DNA from: Torpedo marmorata
Lineage: Eukaryota
Direction: 5' to 3'
Length of the DNA: 64,000 bases
NCBI GenBank assembly: GCA_977017645.1
Contig: OZ360226.1
Coordinates: forward strand, 54,250,001-54,314,000
The position numbers were made by a program, and so were the translations under genes. Below the pieces are notes generated by a model. It did not search any database, was not told the DNA's origin, and saw nothing but the letters and a program-made list of their open reading frames with translations. How positions within the stretch are numbered: the stretch's first letter is position 1; each line of letters starts with the position of its first letter. Shown in pieces: positions 63,429 through 64,000 of this stretch.

Positions 63429-64000
63429 CCGACACTGAATGAAATTCGACAAGTATGTAAAAGTTACAATGAATCACAAATTCCAAATATTGTGGAAATT
63501 ATAAGATTTGTTTCCCCAATATATCCTTTTTTGGCAATCCCACCTTCTCTGAAAATAGTATTCTTTGTGGCAGGTAGATCTTTATGTGAGGCAGGAATCC
63601 AAAACTGCACATGGTATTCCAGATGCAATCTGACCAAGTCCCTGTATAATTGTAATAAGGTTTGTCAGAGTTGAATACAGTAGTTGATAGTATCCCAGGT
63701 AAAGTATTATTCAAAAATCTTAAATAATTCGAACAGTGAAAGTGACAAAGTCATCTATTGGAAAACACATCCAATTTCCAGTTGCAGCATCTGAGTTTAC
63801 TTTATTATTCAGGCATCTATCTTTTTTCCTGATTTCTGACGAAGGACCAGAGACTAAAACATTGGTTACCTTTTACTTTGTATGGATGCTGCGTGACCTG
63901 CTGAGTTTCGTCTGTACTTTTGCGTATTGCAGGATGGCATCCTACTTGGTTTCACAGTGATTCGATGGGAATTTAACGTTACATCTGAGTGATTCCACTT

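Larger units (their letters stand above)
62650..63435 (-). promoter_or_regulatory. ARGLU1: CpG island / ARGLU1 promoter and 5'UTR with YY1-like motif
   Basis: CpG-dense; AAAATGGCGGC at 63237-63247 (GCCGCCATTTT on the gene strand). Confidence 0.7.

Noticed and set aside
62542-63674. Long plus-strand ORFs (237 aa and 322 aa)
   Set aside because: Antisense shadows of GC-rich ARGLU1 exon 1 and the stop-free minisatellite; no recognisable domain

Overview
Vertebrate genomic DNA, probably a cartilaginous fish (inferred from the HE1/V-SINE, CR1, Penelope and L1 families present); nothing here is prokaryotic. The single host gene is a complete 4-exon ARGLU1 on the minus strand (CDS 63074-62770, 27029-26804, 23333-23250, 14690-14523; 260 aa; all GT-AG). 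Its 3.5-kb intron 2 is almost free of transposons and holds a candidate poison exon in a region that resembles the ARGLU1 ultraconserved element, plus several predicted RNA stems. The rest is nested mobile DNA: a Gmr1-type Gypsy end, two BEL/Pao LTR elements with 5-bp TSDs, six larger L1 copies (one near full length, two with twin-priming inversions) and three short L1 tails, CR1, Rex/Babar-like and Penelope relics, a Tc1, a solo LTR, two MITEs, tRNA-derived SINEs and a 5S-derived SINE. The most striking observation concerns the BEL elements. Both carry a SAFB-like SAP domain at the Gag N-terminus. In the first, pol is replaced in frame by intronless MIPOL1-like coding sequence in circularly permuted order, which is what a captured back-spliced circular RNA would look like. 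Homology calls come from recalled protein sequences and by-eye alignment and need database confirmation.
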